Source: a plasmid. From it: 64,000 bases of DNA. The stretch lies in the sequence record OW849071.1; one strand, written 5' to 3'. A program made the translations under genes and the position numbers. The notes below the pieces were generated by a model. The model had not been told where the DNA came from. It searched no databases and saw only the letters and a list, made by a program, of their open reading frames with translations. Below are positions 1 to 9,230 of this stretch, piece by piece; the stretch's first letter is position 1; the number at the start of each line of letters is the position of its first letter.

Positions 1-1
1 A

Positions 2-859
2 TTTTTTCAGATATATGGAATAAGCGGTGTCAGACATGAAACCTATAACCTGACTAATTTCAGGTCGTTTATAACCTTTGCTGTTGTTACAGGCATCATT
101 CTTACTGGCATTAATATGCTCCTGGTATCTAATGCCATGAGTGGAGTAACTGACCTCAGAGAATTATCCATCCATGTTATCGAGATGGTGATAGAAGAAA
201 CTGATGTGGGTATTAGCTGGATTGTCAGACTCTGTGCCCTGTTTACCACACTCGGTGCTTTGTTCCTTTACACTAATAAGAGAGTATTGTCCTGCCTGCT
301 GATGACGATGAGTGGGGGCGTGGCGCTGGCTACACTTGCCTGGGGAGGACACGCCGTTATGCATGACGGTCTGCATTACTATCTCCATTTACTGAGCGAT
401 CTGACCCATCTCGGCGCTGCAGGTGCCTGGACAGGTGCTCTGGTTGCATTTGCTATCCTGCTGATGCGCAGAAACGAGCATAATGCACAGAGCGTCATTG
501 TGATATCTGACTCCCTGGCAAAATTTGCCACGGCAGGAACGGTGATTGTTGTAGCCCTGATCCTGAGTGCGCTGGTCAACTATCTGTATATTGCTGAGGG
601 TAACTTAACTCCCTTATTCAACAGTTCCTGGGGGAGGATATTGCTTGCCAAGACGGCTCTGTTTGTTCTGATGCTTCTTCTGGCTGCAGCAAACCGGTTT
701 CACCTGGGTCCCCGGCTTGAAGTTATGGTCAGGGAAGGGAATTATGATCGCAGCGTTGCCCTGATGCGAAACAGCATCCTGACAGAATTCGTTGTTGCGA
801 TTATCATTCTGGGCGCCGTAGCGTGGCTTGGAATGCTTGCTCCGTCTCAGATCAGCTAG
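2..859 (+). CDS. pcoD: Copper resistance protein D (PcoD/CopD family inner-membrane protein). The 5' end lies outside the window.
   Basis: The reading frame is open from the window edge. The product is a multi-TM protein with CopD-like sequence. It sits immediately upstream of the pcoRS two-component genes and pcoE. Confidence 0.8.
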   Translation, partial: FFQIYGISGVRHETYNLTNFRSFITFAVVTGIILTGINMLLVSNAMSGVTDLRELSIHVIEMVIEETDVGISWIVRLCALFTTLGALFLYTNKRVLSCLLMTMSGGVALATLAWGGHAVMHDGLHYYLHLLSDLTHLGAAGAWTGALVAFAILLMRRNEHNAQSVIVISDSLAKFATAGTVIVVALILSALVNYLYIAEGNLTPLFNSSWGRILLAKTALFVLMLLLAAANRFHLGPRLEVMVREGNYDRSVALMRNSILTEFVVAIIILGAVAWLGMLAPSQIS

Positions 860-913
860 GGGACAGCCAAAGCTCATGCGTGAGATTTTTACTTTCATAT
901 CAGCGAGTTGACC

Positions 914-1594
914 ATGCAGCGTATTTTAATCGTTGAAGACGAACAAAAAACAGGTCGTTACCTGCAGCAGGGACTGGTTGAGGAAGGCTATCAGGCCGAT
1001 CTCTTTAATAATGGCCGCGATGGTCTCGGGGCCGCGTCGAAGGGACAGTATGATTTGATAATACTGGACGTGATGCTGCCTTTCCTCGACGGGTGGCAAA
1101 TCATCAGCGCACTGAGGGAGTCCGGGCACGAAGAACCGGTCCTGTTTTTAACCGCAAAGGACAACGTGCGGGACAAAGTGAAAGGACTGGAGCTTGGCGC
1201 AGATGACTACCTGATTAAGCCCTTTGATTTTACGGAGCTGGTTGCACGTGTAAGAACCCTACTGCGCCGGGCACGCTCGCAGGCCGCAACAGTCTGCACC
1301 ATCGCCGATATGACCGTTGATATGGTGCGCCGGACCGTGATCCGTTCGGGGAAGAAGATCCATCTCACCGGTAAAGAATACGTTCTGCTTGAGTTGCTGC
1401 TGCAACGCACCGGAGAAGTGTTACCCAGGAGTCTTATCTCGTCCCTGGTCTGGAACATGAATTTTGACAGTGATACGAATGTGATTGATGTCGCCGTGAG
1501 ACGTCTGAGAAGTAAAATTGATGATGACTTTGAGCCAAAACTGATCCATACCGTTCGCGGTGCCGGATATGTCCTGGAGATCAGAGAAGAGTGA
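914..1594 (+). CDS. pcoR: Copper-responsive OmpR-family response regulator
   Basis: N-terminal receiver (LIVEDE...[10 protein letters not shown]) and C-terminal winged-helix (trans_reg_C-like). 226 aa. Overlaps the downstream sensor kinase start by 4 nt. Confidence 0.9.
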   Translation: MQRILIVEDEQKTGRYLQQGLVEEGYQADLFNNGRDGLGAASKGQYDLIILDVMLPFLDGWQIISALRESGHEEPVLFLTAKDNVRDKVKGLELGADDYLIKPFDFTELVARVRTLLRRARSQAATVCTIADMTVDMVRRTVIRSGKKIHLTGKEYVLLELLLQRTGEVLPRSLISSLVWNMNFDSDTNVIDVAVRRLRSKIDDDFEPKLIHTVRGAGYVLEIREE

Positions 1595-2991
1595 GGTTCA
1601 AAATTTCCCTGACCACACGCCTGAGCCTGATTTTTTCTGCGGTGATGCTTACGGTATGGTGGTTATCAAGTTTTATCCTGATTAGCACCCTGAATGGCTA
1701 TTTCGATAATCAGGACCGCGATTTTCTGACAGGTAAACTTCAGCTCACCGAAGAGTTTCTTAAAACAGAGACGTTCAGGAACAAAACGGATATTAAGTCA
1801 TTATCAGAAAAAATAAACGATGCGATGGTGGGGCACAATGGCTTATTCATTTCTATAAAAAACATGGAAAATGAAAAAATTGTTGAACTCTATGCCAAAA
1901 ATTCTGTTGTTCCAGCGGTCCTGCTTAATAAGTCGGGTGATATTCTCGACTATATGATCCAGACGGAAGAAAATAACACCGTGTACCGCAGTATCTCGCG
2001 GCGGGTTGCCGTGACGCCGGAACAGGGTAAAAGCAAACATGTCATCATTACGGTTGCCACGGATACTGGGTATCACACCCTGTTTATGGACAAACTCAGT
2101 ACCTGGCTGTTCTGGTTCAATATCGGTCTGGTCTTTATTTCTGTTTTTCTGGGCTGGCTGACCACACGTATTGGTCTGAAACCGCTACGGGAAATGACCA
2201 GTCTGGCTTCCTCCATGACCGTACACAGCCTGGATCAGCGTCTAAATCCCGATCTGGCTCCGCCGGAAATCTCTGAGACCATGCAGGAGTTCAATAATAT
2301 GTTTGATCGCCTGGAGGGGGCATTCCGGAAACTGTCAGATTTCTCGTCTGACATCGCGCATGAGCTGCGCACACCAGTCAGTAATCTGATGATGCAGACG
2401 CAGTTTGCACTGGCTAAGGAAAGGGATGTTTCGCATTACCGCGAAATTTTATTCGCTAACCTGGAAGAACTGAAAAGGTTGTCACGAATGACCAGTGACA
2501 TGCTTTTTCTGGCACGTTCAGAGCATGGTCTGCTGCGGCTGGATAAACATGATGTGGATCTGGCAGCCGAACTGAATGAATTACGTGAGTTGTTCGAGCC
2601 CCTGGCAGACGAAACAGGAAAGACAATCACGGTTGAAGGAGAGGGCGTTGTTGCCGGAGACAGCGATATGCTCCGACGTGCTTTCAGTAACCTGCTTTCC
2701 AATGCAATCAAGTATTCTCCCGATAACACCTGTACAGCGATACACATTGAGCGTGACAGTGACTGTGTGAACGTGATGATTACGAATACGATGTCCGGCC
2801 AGGTTCCCGCTAATCTGGAACGTTTGTTTGACCGGTTCTATCGCGCAGACTCATCAAGGTTCTACAACACGGAAGGCGCGGGGCTGGGATTATCAATTAC
2901 AAGGTCGATCATTCATGCTCACGGCGGCGAGCTGTCAGCAGAACAGCAGGGGCGGGAAATTGTGTTCAGTGTGCGTCTGTTAATGGATTAA
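1591..2991 (+). CDS. pcoS: Copper sensor histidine kinase
   Basis: Two TM segments, an H-box ([10 protein letters not shown]) and an HATPase_c motif (GLGLSI). 466 aa, as expected for PcoS/CusS-type kinases. Confidence 0.9.
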   Translation: MRFKISLTTRLSLIFSAVMLTVWWLSSFILISTLNGYFDNQDRDFLTGKLQLTEEFLKTETFRNKTDIKSLSEKINDAMVGHNGLFISIKNMENEKIVELYAKNSVVPAVLLNKSGDILDYMIQTEENNTVYRSISRRVAVTPEQGKSKHVIITVATDTGYHTLFMDKLSTWLFWFNIGLVFISVFLGWLTTRIGLKPLREMTSLASSMTVHSLDQRLNPDLAPPEISETMQEFNNMFDRLEGAFRKLSDFSSDIAHELRTPVSNLMMQTQFALAKERDVSHYREILFANLEELKRLSRMTSDMLFLARSEHGLLRLDKHDVDLAAELNELRELFEPLADETGKTITVEGEGVVAGDSDMLRRAFSNLLSNAIKYSPDNTCTAIHIERDSDCVNVMITNTMSGQVPANLERLFDRFYRADSSRFYNTEGAGLGLSITRSIIHAHGGELSAEQQGREIVFSVRLLMD

Positions 2992-3207
2992 TACCGTTAT
3001 TCAGGAGAAACCCGGAAGGTGACAAAAATGTCATCGTTCAGTCACGCGATAAACAGAGGCGGTTTTTTATAATCAGCCATAAATCAGGACAGCGTGATAA
3101 TTCAATCGCCCGGTTCCTGGCGTGATGATCAACCAGCCCTGAGATCAAATGCTTTCTCTGTTATAAGCCGTTGATTGTTTGGGTATGAAAACACCGGAGA
3201 CCCAACC

Positions 3208-3642
3208 ATGAAAAAGATCCTTGTATCATTTGTTGCCATTATGGCTGTCGCTTCATCCGCCATGGCTGCAGAGACAATGAACATGCATGACCAGGTAAAT
3301 AATGCCCAGGCACCCGCCCATCAGATGCAGTCAACCTCTGAAAAAAGCGCTGTTCAGGGAGACAGTATGACAATGATGGATATGAGCGGTCACGATCAGG
3401 CTGCAATGACCCATGAAATGATGCAAAACGGCAACGCTTCTGCCCATCAGGACATGGCTGAAATGCATAAAAAAATGATGAAATCCAAGCCAGCAGCTTC
3501 TAACGAAACAGCAAAATCATTTTCCGAAATGAACGAGCATGAGAAAGCCGCTGTTGTACACGAGAAGGCGAATAATGGTCAGTCTTCAGTGATTCATCAG
3601 CAGCAGGCTGAAAAGCATCGCAGCCAGATCACCCAGAATTAA
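3208..3642 (+). CDS. pcoE: Periplasmic copper-binding protein PcoE (SilE-like, Met/His-rich)
   Basis: Signal peptide (MKKILVSFVAIMAVASSAMA) followed by repeated M-x-x-H/M motifs. Lies at the typical position after pcoRS. Confidence 0.85.
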   Translation: MKKILVSFVAIMAVASSAMAAETMNMHDQVNNAQAPAHQMQSTSEKSAVQGDSMTMMDMSGHDQAAMTHEMMQNGNASAHQDMAEMHKKMMKSKPAASNETAKSFSEMNEHEKAAVVHEKANNGQSSVIHQQQAEKHRSQITQN

Positions 3643-3693
3643 CCCGCAGCTCCACTTGTCAGACCCTCATTTGACGCCGAAGTCACTGGCTTA

Positions 3694-3718
3694 CGCTCCC
3701 GCCGGGAGCGTTTTTTTT
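3694..3718 (+). terminator. Rho-independent terminator after pcoE
   Basis: GC stem CGCTCCC-GCC-GGGAGCG followed by T8. Confidence 0.65.
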
Positions 3719-3792
3719 CGTAATTAATAAGTGTCATCAAAAGCATCCATCACCATTATCATAATTGGCCCTGATCAAATAAAATTTAACTT

Positions 3793-3948
3793 ATGTTGCG
3801 CGAGAATTCAGTTCATGAAAAAAATATCAGTATCATATTGTTTTTAATTATTATTTTCGTTCCCGGTTATATCCTATATCCAGGGTTCATGCCGCGCCGT
3901 ATCCTGAGACTGGCTGAGAATACGAATGATCATAACCACCGAATGTGA
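3793..3948 (+). CDS. Candidate small hydrophobic ORF (51 aa), not on the ORF track
   Basis: ATG-initiated open frame encoding MLRENSVHEKNISIILFLIIIFVPGYILYPGFMP..., with one predicted TM segment. AT-rich spacer. No homology that I recognise. Confidence 0.2.
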   Translation: MLRENSVHEKNISIILFLIIIFVPGYILYPGFMPRRILRLAENTNDHNHRM

Positions 3949-4084
3949 TGACACAAAATAGATCATGTGCTGTTCCACCGGCAGCGAGCAGATATTGTCT
4001 CCCAGCTCCGCGCGATGCGTGCCTATGTCATGCATGGCCAGAACGTCAAACACCGCTGCTATACTGTTACCAACGGTGCAAAAC

Positions 4085-5809
4085 TGGGTCTTCCGCAACT
4101 TAGGTGGAGTTGTTTAAGCCAGAGGGCTCATGACTCGTCGTCGCAGTAACTCGAAGCCAGCTCGACCGTACATCTGCCGTTTCAGCATCTTCAGGCGGTT
4201 TACATGGCCTTCCACAACGCCATTACTCCATCTGCTGCTTATCGCTTCGTGTATTGCTGTTGCATCCGCTTCCATACCGGCCGCAACACGCTGAAGGTCA
4301 ATGAGCCCACTTTGACTGACGTCAGAGAACCATTGATTTAACTGCGATTTATTCTTCGTTTTCAACATTCGATAGAAGTCGAGCGACAGCTGTTGCGCCA
4401 TTTTCAGTTGCGGTTCTTTCTGGCACATCGATTCGATGAAGCGGGATGCATAGTTTTCTTCTCCTCTGATCATTCGCCAGGGCATTAACCAGCGGCTTAC
4501 TCTGGATGCTGAGGGGAGTCGAACTGGGGCGATAACGGGACTGTTAACCTGCTTACGCCACTTAGCCACAGCATCCCTGACCGTCGTTTCGCTCCCGGTG
4601 AAGCCAGCATTTACCATCTCCCGCCATAGCTGCCCGGCATTATGGTTACCGTTTATCCGTTGTTCTTCCAGCCATTCCTGCCATGGTTCAAGTAACCCGG
4701 GTCTGGGTGGCTTAGTTGATATTTCAGGGAACGCTTTTGACTGTATCCACCGGCGAACCGTCACCCGGGACAGTCCGGTGATACGCGATATTTCTCTTAT
4801 CCCACAACCCTTTTTATGAAGAGAGTCTACCTCAGCCCAGCGCTGATACCGTTTGTCACGTCGCTCTCGTTTAATACGTTCAGGGCGACGTAACGTTGAC
4901 GTTGGCACCAAAGACGCTTCAGCATTCTGTTTTTTGGGGGGATAACTCGGTGGCCACCAGTCGTATCAATGGCATGTGTCTGTACATCATGCGCTCCAGC
5001 GCATCACCAATATTCTTCAGCAGATGCCAGCGATCGGCCACCTGTATTGCCTGCGGTGCACCATCGCGAGCAGCTAACGCATAGATCCCCCCACGATCGC
5101 GTGAGACGACCTGTATTTCTGGGTATTTTTTGAACCATGCCGCCAGAGTGCGTTGCTCCCGGCCTGGCAGTAACACCAGGGGGCGATGGGTATCAAGATT
5201 TACGATCAGTGTGCCGTACCTGTGGCCCCGATGCCATGCCCACTCGTCAATACCAACATGCCTGGTCCGGTTCTCTGTTTGTTCCGGAGCTTGAACCACT
5301 CTGCGCAGTAAAGTATCCGCGCTGATCTGTATTCCTGAAGCTACTGCAGCTCGTCTCCCTGCTTCACCACCTGCGATAAGCCCCAGCTGATGCTGCAGAT
5401 TTTTCAGCAATGCAGAAGACTGCTGCTGCGGGCCTGCAAAGGGAGCAAGCGATTCAGCAAAAATTTTACGTGAACAGGAAGGGTTACGACAGTACCAGTG
5501 CCGGATGGCGAAGACTAACCAGAGGGCCTGGCCTGAGCATGGAAGATGCTGTACTCGCCTCCGCCGGCAACTATGAACAGAATGACTGTGCGTGAGGCAC
5601 TCAGGACATGATGCCGTTTTACGTGTGGCGCGGAGATGGAGGGTTATTCCATCAGTACCAGTAATCTGTCGGCAGGTTTGCCACCCGCGCGGTAGCTGTA
5701 AAAGTCTCTTAAGTGAGGCCATTTTGTTATACATAACTTAAAACAGCTTAGATCCTTGTTAACTAAAAAGTTTCATCAATTTTTGTCCACCTAAGTTGCG
5801 GAAGACCCA
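4085..5809 (-). mobile_element. ISL3-family insertion sequence (~1.7 kb)
   Basis: Perfect 22-bp terminal inverted repeats GGGTCTTCCGCAACTTAGGTGG (4086-4107) and CCACCTAAGTTGCGGAAGACCC (5787-5808). They enclose an ISL3-type transposase (zf-ISL3, HTH, DDE). No matching 8-bp flanking direct repeat was found. Confidence 0.75.
4114..5734 (-). pseudogene. ISL3-family transposase split into two overlapping frames (ORFs 4919..5734 and 4114..4911)
   Basis: The N-terminal ORF has a CxxC zinc finger and the first part of the DDE domain (GIDEWAWHRGHRYGTLIVNLD). The C-terminal ORF continues the DDE domain (SNGVVEGHVNRLKMLKRQMYGRAGF). The two frames meet inside a C6A6 homopolymer tract (plus-strand T6G6 at 4930-4941). 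A 1-nt change there would fuse them. Confidence 0.7.
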
Positions 5810-5811
5810 CT

Positions 5812-6305
5812 TTTTACCCGTTGTTGACAGCGGAGCACACCTTAACCCCGTGGTAAGCCTGATTTTTTATCTGATCGGGGCCTGCTCTTTCAGGGCAACC
5901 ATGAATTACATCGTGGCTCAGTTGTTAGGGGCCGGCGCTGCTGCACTGTGCCTGAAGGCTGTCTTTGGCCACTCCCTGCTGGCCGGGGTGACCCGGGTCC
6001 ATATGGGGGTATCACTGTACAATGCCTTTTTCATCGAAGGTGTCATGACTTTTATTCTGATTATGAGCATCCTAACGACCAGAAACCCCGCGATTATCAG
6101 CATTGCTGTTTTTCTTGATGCTTTTATTGGCGGGCCGCTGACGGGGGCAAGCATGAACCCGGCCCGTAGCTTCGGGCCGGCATTGGCCATGGGATACTGG
6201 GATAATCAGTGGCTGTACTGGGCCGCTCCGCTGTCTGGCGGGCTTGTAGCTGTTGCGTGCTGCCAGCTGTTTATGCCGCAACTGAAGTCACCCTCACCGG
6301 AATAA
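5812..6305 (+). pseudogene. MIP/aquaporin-family channel gene lacking its N-terminal ~60 codons (truncated by the IS)
   Basis: Both NPA boxes are present (SGAHLNPVVS and GASMNPARSFGPA). NPARS indicates the aquaporin rather than the glycerol-facilitator type. The homologous frame starts about 5 codons upstream of the first NPA, right at the IS inverted repeat. Confidence 0.6.
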
Positions 6306-6354
6306 AGTCCCTTCCAGGACAGAATGCCTCTGATGAACAGAGGCATTCTTTTTT

Positions 6355-6882
6355 TCAGCAACCCACTGTCCGGCTACGCCTTTCCAGAATGAGAACATCT
6401 CTCCATTTTCCGTTCATTTCACCCACTTTTTCCCGGCAGCCGACTTCCCTGAATCCCTGGCTGCGATGTAAAGCAACACTGGCCTGGTTTTCCGGAAAGA
6501 TGCCAGCAAGTAGCGTCCAGAAACCCGCACTTTCCGAGCCCTTTATCAGCCCGGAGAGCAAAGCCCTGCCCGCGCCTTTTCCCTGAAAATGAGTACTGAC
6601 ATAAATGCTCAGCTCTGCGACACCGCGGTATGCATGCCGGCGGGAAAAAGGAGATAGCGCAGCCCATCCCACCACTCTGTTATCAACAGTGGCGACGTAG
6701 CGGCAGTCCTGAAGATGCCCTTCATTCCATTCCAGCCACTCAGGTGCTGCGGTCTGAAAGGTGGCGTTCCCTGTTGCAATTCCTTCCTGATAAATTTCCC
6801 TGACTGCACACCAGTCCTCTTCGTGCATTTTTCTAATGATGATCTCTGCCATTTCTCTGTACCGTATGTTTGCTGTATTCAT
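6355..6882 (-). CDS. GNAT-family N-acetyltransferase (phosphinothricin-acetyltransferase-like)
   Basis: Acetyl-CoA-binding motif (HFQGKGAGRALL) and the PAT-like N-terminus (IRKMHEEDWCAVREIYQEGI). Confidence 0.8.
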   Translation of the reverse strand: MNTANIRYREMAEIIIRKMHEEDWCAVREIYQEGIATGNATFQTAAPEWLEWNEGHLQDCRYVATVDNRVVGWAALSPFSRRHAYRGVAELSIYVSTHFQGKGAGRALLSGLIKGSESAGFWTLLAGIFPENQASVALHRSQGFREVGCREKVGEMNGKWRDVLILERRSRTVGC

Positions 6883-7127
6883 AGGCAGTCAGAAAACGAG
6901 CCTGCCTGGGCTTCCCGGCGGCGGGACATAATGCGCCCGTCAGCAAAGGATGAAGGTCATTTTATTTTTAGCGGGAATCGGTTTCTACTGTGACGGATTC
7001 ATATGCATTTTTCCATATATATTGTGACGTACCTCATTTCTGAGAGGTATAAACACCGATCATGTTTTCTCCATGCCGCGTAAGTGTAAGGCCCCGGAGA
7101 TGGAGTCATATTATGGACGTGGTTGCG

Positions 7128-7157
7128 CTCACTATATATTTCTATTATTCTGGAAAT
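7128..7157. promoter_or_regulatory. Inverted repeat TATTTCTAT...ATAGAAATA upstream of the plus-strand arsR (candidate operator)
   Basis: 9-bp arms separated by 12 nt, 27 nt upstream of the arsR start. ArsR/SmtB repressors bind imperfect palindromes in their own promoters. Confidence 0.3.
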
Positions 7158-7183
7158 ATAGAAATAAAATTACGAGGAATGGG

Positions 7184-7510
7184 ATGGAGCTGAAAATCGC
7201 CGCGATGGTGCTGAAAGAACTTGGCCACACCACTCGTCTCGATATTTACAAAACACTCGTTAAGGCCGGACGTCAGGGACTGCCCGTGGGGGAACTGCAG
7301 CAACATCTCGCCATTCCGGCCTCGACCCTGAGTCATCATCTTTCATCGCTGATATCCGTCTCACTGGTTCGCCAGGAAAGGCAGGGGAGAACACTGTTCT
7401 GCCACGCCTGTTATGACAACCTTGCTGCATTGATTGCCTTTCTGACAGAAGAGTGCTGTGCAGACGAATATGCCCCGCCTGGTTTTATGTCACCACCGGA
7501 GAAAAAATGA
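7184..7510 (+). CDS. arsR: ArsR/SmtB-family metalloregulator (C-terminal cysteine type)
   Basis: Winged HTH (TRLDIYKTL...[21 protein letters not shown]). It lacks the ELCVCD helix-3 motif but has C-terminal FCHAC and EECCAD cysteines. Start overlaps arsH (ATGA). Confidence 0.8.
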   Translation: MELKIAAMVLKELGHTTRLDIYKTLVKAGRQGLPVGELQQHLAIPASTLSHHLSSLISVSLVRQERQGRTLFCHACYDNLAALIAFLTEECCADEYAPPGFMSPPEKK

Positions 7511-8220
7511 TTGCTGAACTGAAAAATGTTGTTCCTGAGCTGTTTGATACAGGTCTCACCGGGGTCCGCCTGGGTGTAAAGACAGTTGACCATCCTCCCC
7601 GGATCCTGATGTTGTACGGTTCCGTTCGAGAGCGGTCCTACAGCCGTCTGGCCACCGAAGAGGCTGCCCGGCTTCTTACCGCCATGGGTGCGGATGTCCG
7701 CATCTTTAATCCTTCCGGTCTCCCTCTGCCGGATGATGCAGCGGATACGCATCCCAGGGTTATGGAACTTCGCGAAATGGTGCGCTGGTCTGAAGGGATG
7801 GTATGGTGCTCTCCTGAACGTCATGGTGCGATGACCGGCATTATGAAAGCCCAGATTGACTGGATACCACTATCAGAGGGCGCAGTACGCCCTTCTCAGG
7901 GAAAAACCCTGGCCGTCATGCAGGTCTGCGGAGGCTCCCAGTCTTTCAATGCGGTAAACCAGATGCGTATTCTTGGCCGCTGGATGCGAATGATTACTAT
8001 ACCTAATCAATCCTCGGTAGCGAAAGCCTGGCAGGAGTTTGATGAAGACGGACGGATGAAACCATCCCCGTACTACGACCGTATTGTGGATGTAATGGAA
8101 GAGCTGATGAAGTTTACCCTGCTGACCCGGGAGTATGCAGCGTATCTCGTCGATCGCTACAGTGAACGTAAAGAGTCGGCAGAAGCACTTTCCCGGCGGG
8201 TGAATCAGAGCAAAATCTGA
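7507..8220 (+). CDS. arsH: ArsH, NADPH-dependent FMN reductase (organoarsenical oxidase)
   Basis: Flavodoxin-like fold motifs ([25 protein letters not shown]) and length ~237 aa. Positioned in the ars cluster. Confidence 0.85.
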   Translation: MIAELKNVVPELFDTGLTGVRLGVKTVDHPPRILMLYGSVRERSYSRLATEEAARLLTAMGADVRIFNPSGLPLPDDAADTHPRVMELREMVRWSEGMVWCSPERHGAMTGIMKAQIDWIPLSEGAVRPSQGKTLAVMQVCGGSQSFNAVNQMRILGRWMRMITIPNQSSVAKAWQEFDEDGRMKPSPYYDRIVDVMEELMKFTLLTREYAAYLVDRYSERKESAEALSRRVNQSKI

Positions 8221-8228
8221 GGGCTGGT

Positions 8229-8774
8229 ATGAGTGATGTAACGGCATTCAACAACTGCATGAGCGTGTTCTGGCAACAGCATGAAGCAGAGCTCTCCCGT
8301 TTTCTGGCATCAAGGACAGGCGATCGGGAGCAGGCAGCCGATCTGCTTCAGGAAGTCTTCCTGCGCGCCCGGGCCTGTGCAGACCGCTTCTGTGAAATGG
8401 AGAACCCGCGGGCCTGGCTGTACCGGACGGCGAGGAATCTGCTGACGGATGAGTACCGTGCCGCCAGAGACGTCGTGGTGCTGGAAGACGAGATCCCGCT
8501 GCCTGACGCCTTCCATGAGGCGGTTTCAACGCTGGAGATTTGCCTGCCTGAAACCCTGCAGGCCTTACCTGACGAGGAAAGATGGCTGATAGAAGAGGCC
8601 GATCTGAACCGGCGTCCCCAGCAGCGCCTGGCCGACGAGCTGGGGATCACGCTGACGGCGTTTAAGTCGCGCCTGCTTCGCGCCCGGAAACATCTGAAGA
8701 AGACGATGACGGAACTCTGCCAGGTGGAAGTGGATGATGCGTCTTCCGTCTGCTGCCATAAAAAAATGGATTAA
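8229..8774 (+). CDS. ECF-type sigma-70 family sigma factor with a short Cys-containing C-terminal tail
   Basis: Sigma70 region 2 (LLQEVFLRA...AWLYRTARNLLTDEYR) and region 4 (RLADELGITLTAFKSRLLRARKHL). Tail ...ELCQVEVDDASSVCCHKKMD. Located between arsH and arsD with 8-75 nt gaps, so apparently co-operonic. Confidence 0.75.
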   Translation: MSDVTAFNNCMSVFWQQHEAELSRFLASRTGDREQAADLLQEVFLRARACADRFCEMENPRAWLYRTARNLLTDEYRAARDVVVLEDEIPLPDAFHEAVSTLEICLPETLQALPDEERWLIEEADLNRRPQQRLADELGITLTAFKSRLLRARKHLKKTMTELCQVEVDDASSVCCHKKMD

Positions 8775-8802
8775 CCGCGCATCTTTTTCCCGCCTCACTC
8801 GT

Positions 8803-8842
8803 TTACCTCAGTGTAAAGCCCCATCATTCAACACTGAGGTAA
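8803..8842 (+). promoter_or_regulatory. 11-bp perfect inverted repeat (TTACCTCAGTG ... CACTGAGGTAA) whose right arm contains the arsD Shine-Dalgarno
   Basis: Arms at 8803-8813 and 8832-8842 with an 18-nt spacer. GAGGT lies in the right arm, and the arsD ATG is 8 nt downstream. Confidence 0.35.
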
Positions 8843-8849
8843 ACAGTCC

Positions 8850-9212
8850 ATGTCAAAAATTGAGATCTTTGAAGCCGCAGGCTGCTGTGCGACCAGCAGC
8901 GTCGTGGTCAGCGATGAAGCCGTCAAATGGAACGCCAGCGCCGAATGGGCGAAAAAGCATGGTGTGAATATTCAGCGTTACAGCTTGGCAAAGAACCCGC
9001 AGCAGTTCCTGAATACGCCCGTCATCAGGGCCTTCCTGAACACGTCAGGAATGGAGTCCCTTCCCGCTACCCTGCTTGACGGCCAGCTGGTGATGGCGGG
9101 CAAGCTCCCGTCCCGGGAAGATATCGCCCGCTGGGCCGGTATTTCCCTCACGCAGGACTGGAATGAAGACAGCACGCAGCCGCGCTGCTGCAGCATTCCC
9201 CGTATGCCTTAA
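8850..9212 (+). CDS. arsD: ArsD-like arsenic metallochaperone/repressor, variant
   Basis: Alignable to R773-type ArsD (GCC at 12-13, LLDGQLVMAGKLPSREDIARWAGISL). It lacks the third Cys of the CC...C motif. C-terminal CC pair retained. Confidence 0.8.
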   Translation: MSKIEIFEAAGCCATSSVVVSDEAVKWNASAEWAKKHGVNIQRYSLAKNPQQFLNTPVIRAFLNTSGMESLPATLLDGQLVMAGKLPSREDIARWAGISLTQDWNEDSTQPRCCSIPRMP

Positions 9213-9230
9213 TCCCGGAGGAGCTCAACA

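Noticed and set aside
3874-4149. Overlapping ORFs 3874..4098 (minus strand) and 3967..4149 (plus strand)
   Set aside because: They lie across the ISL3 inverted repeat and the AT-rich spacer, have no start context or similarity, and overlap each other.
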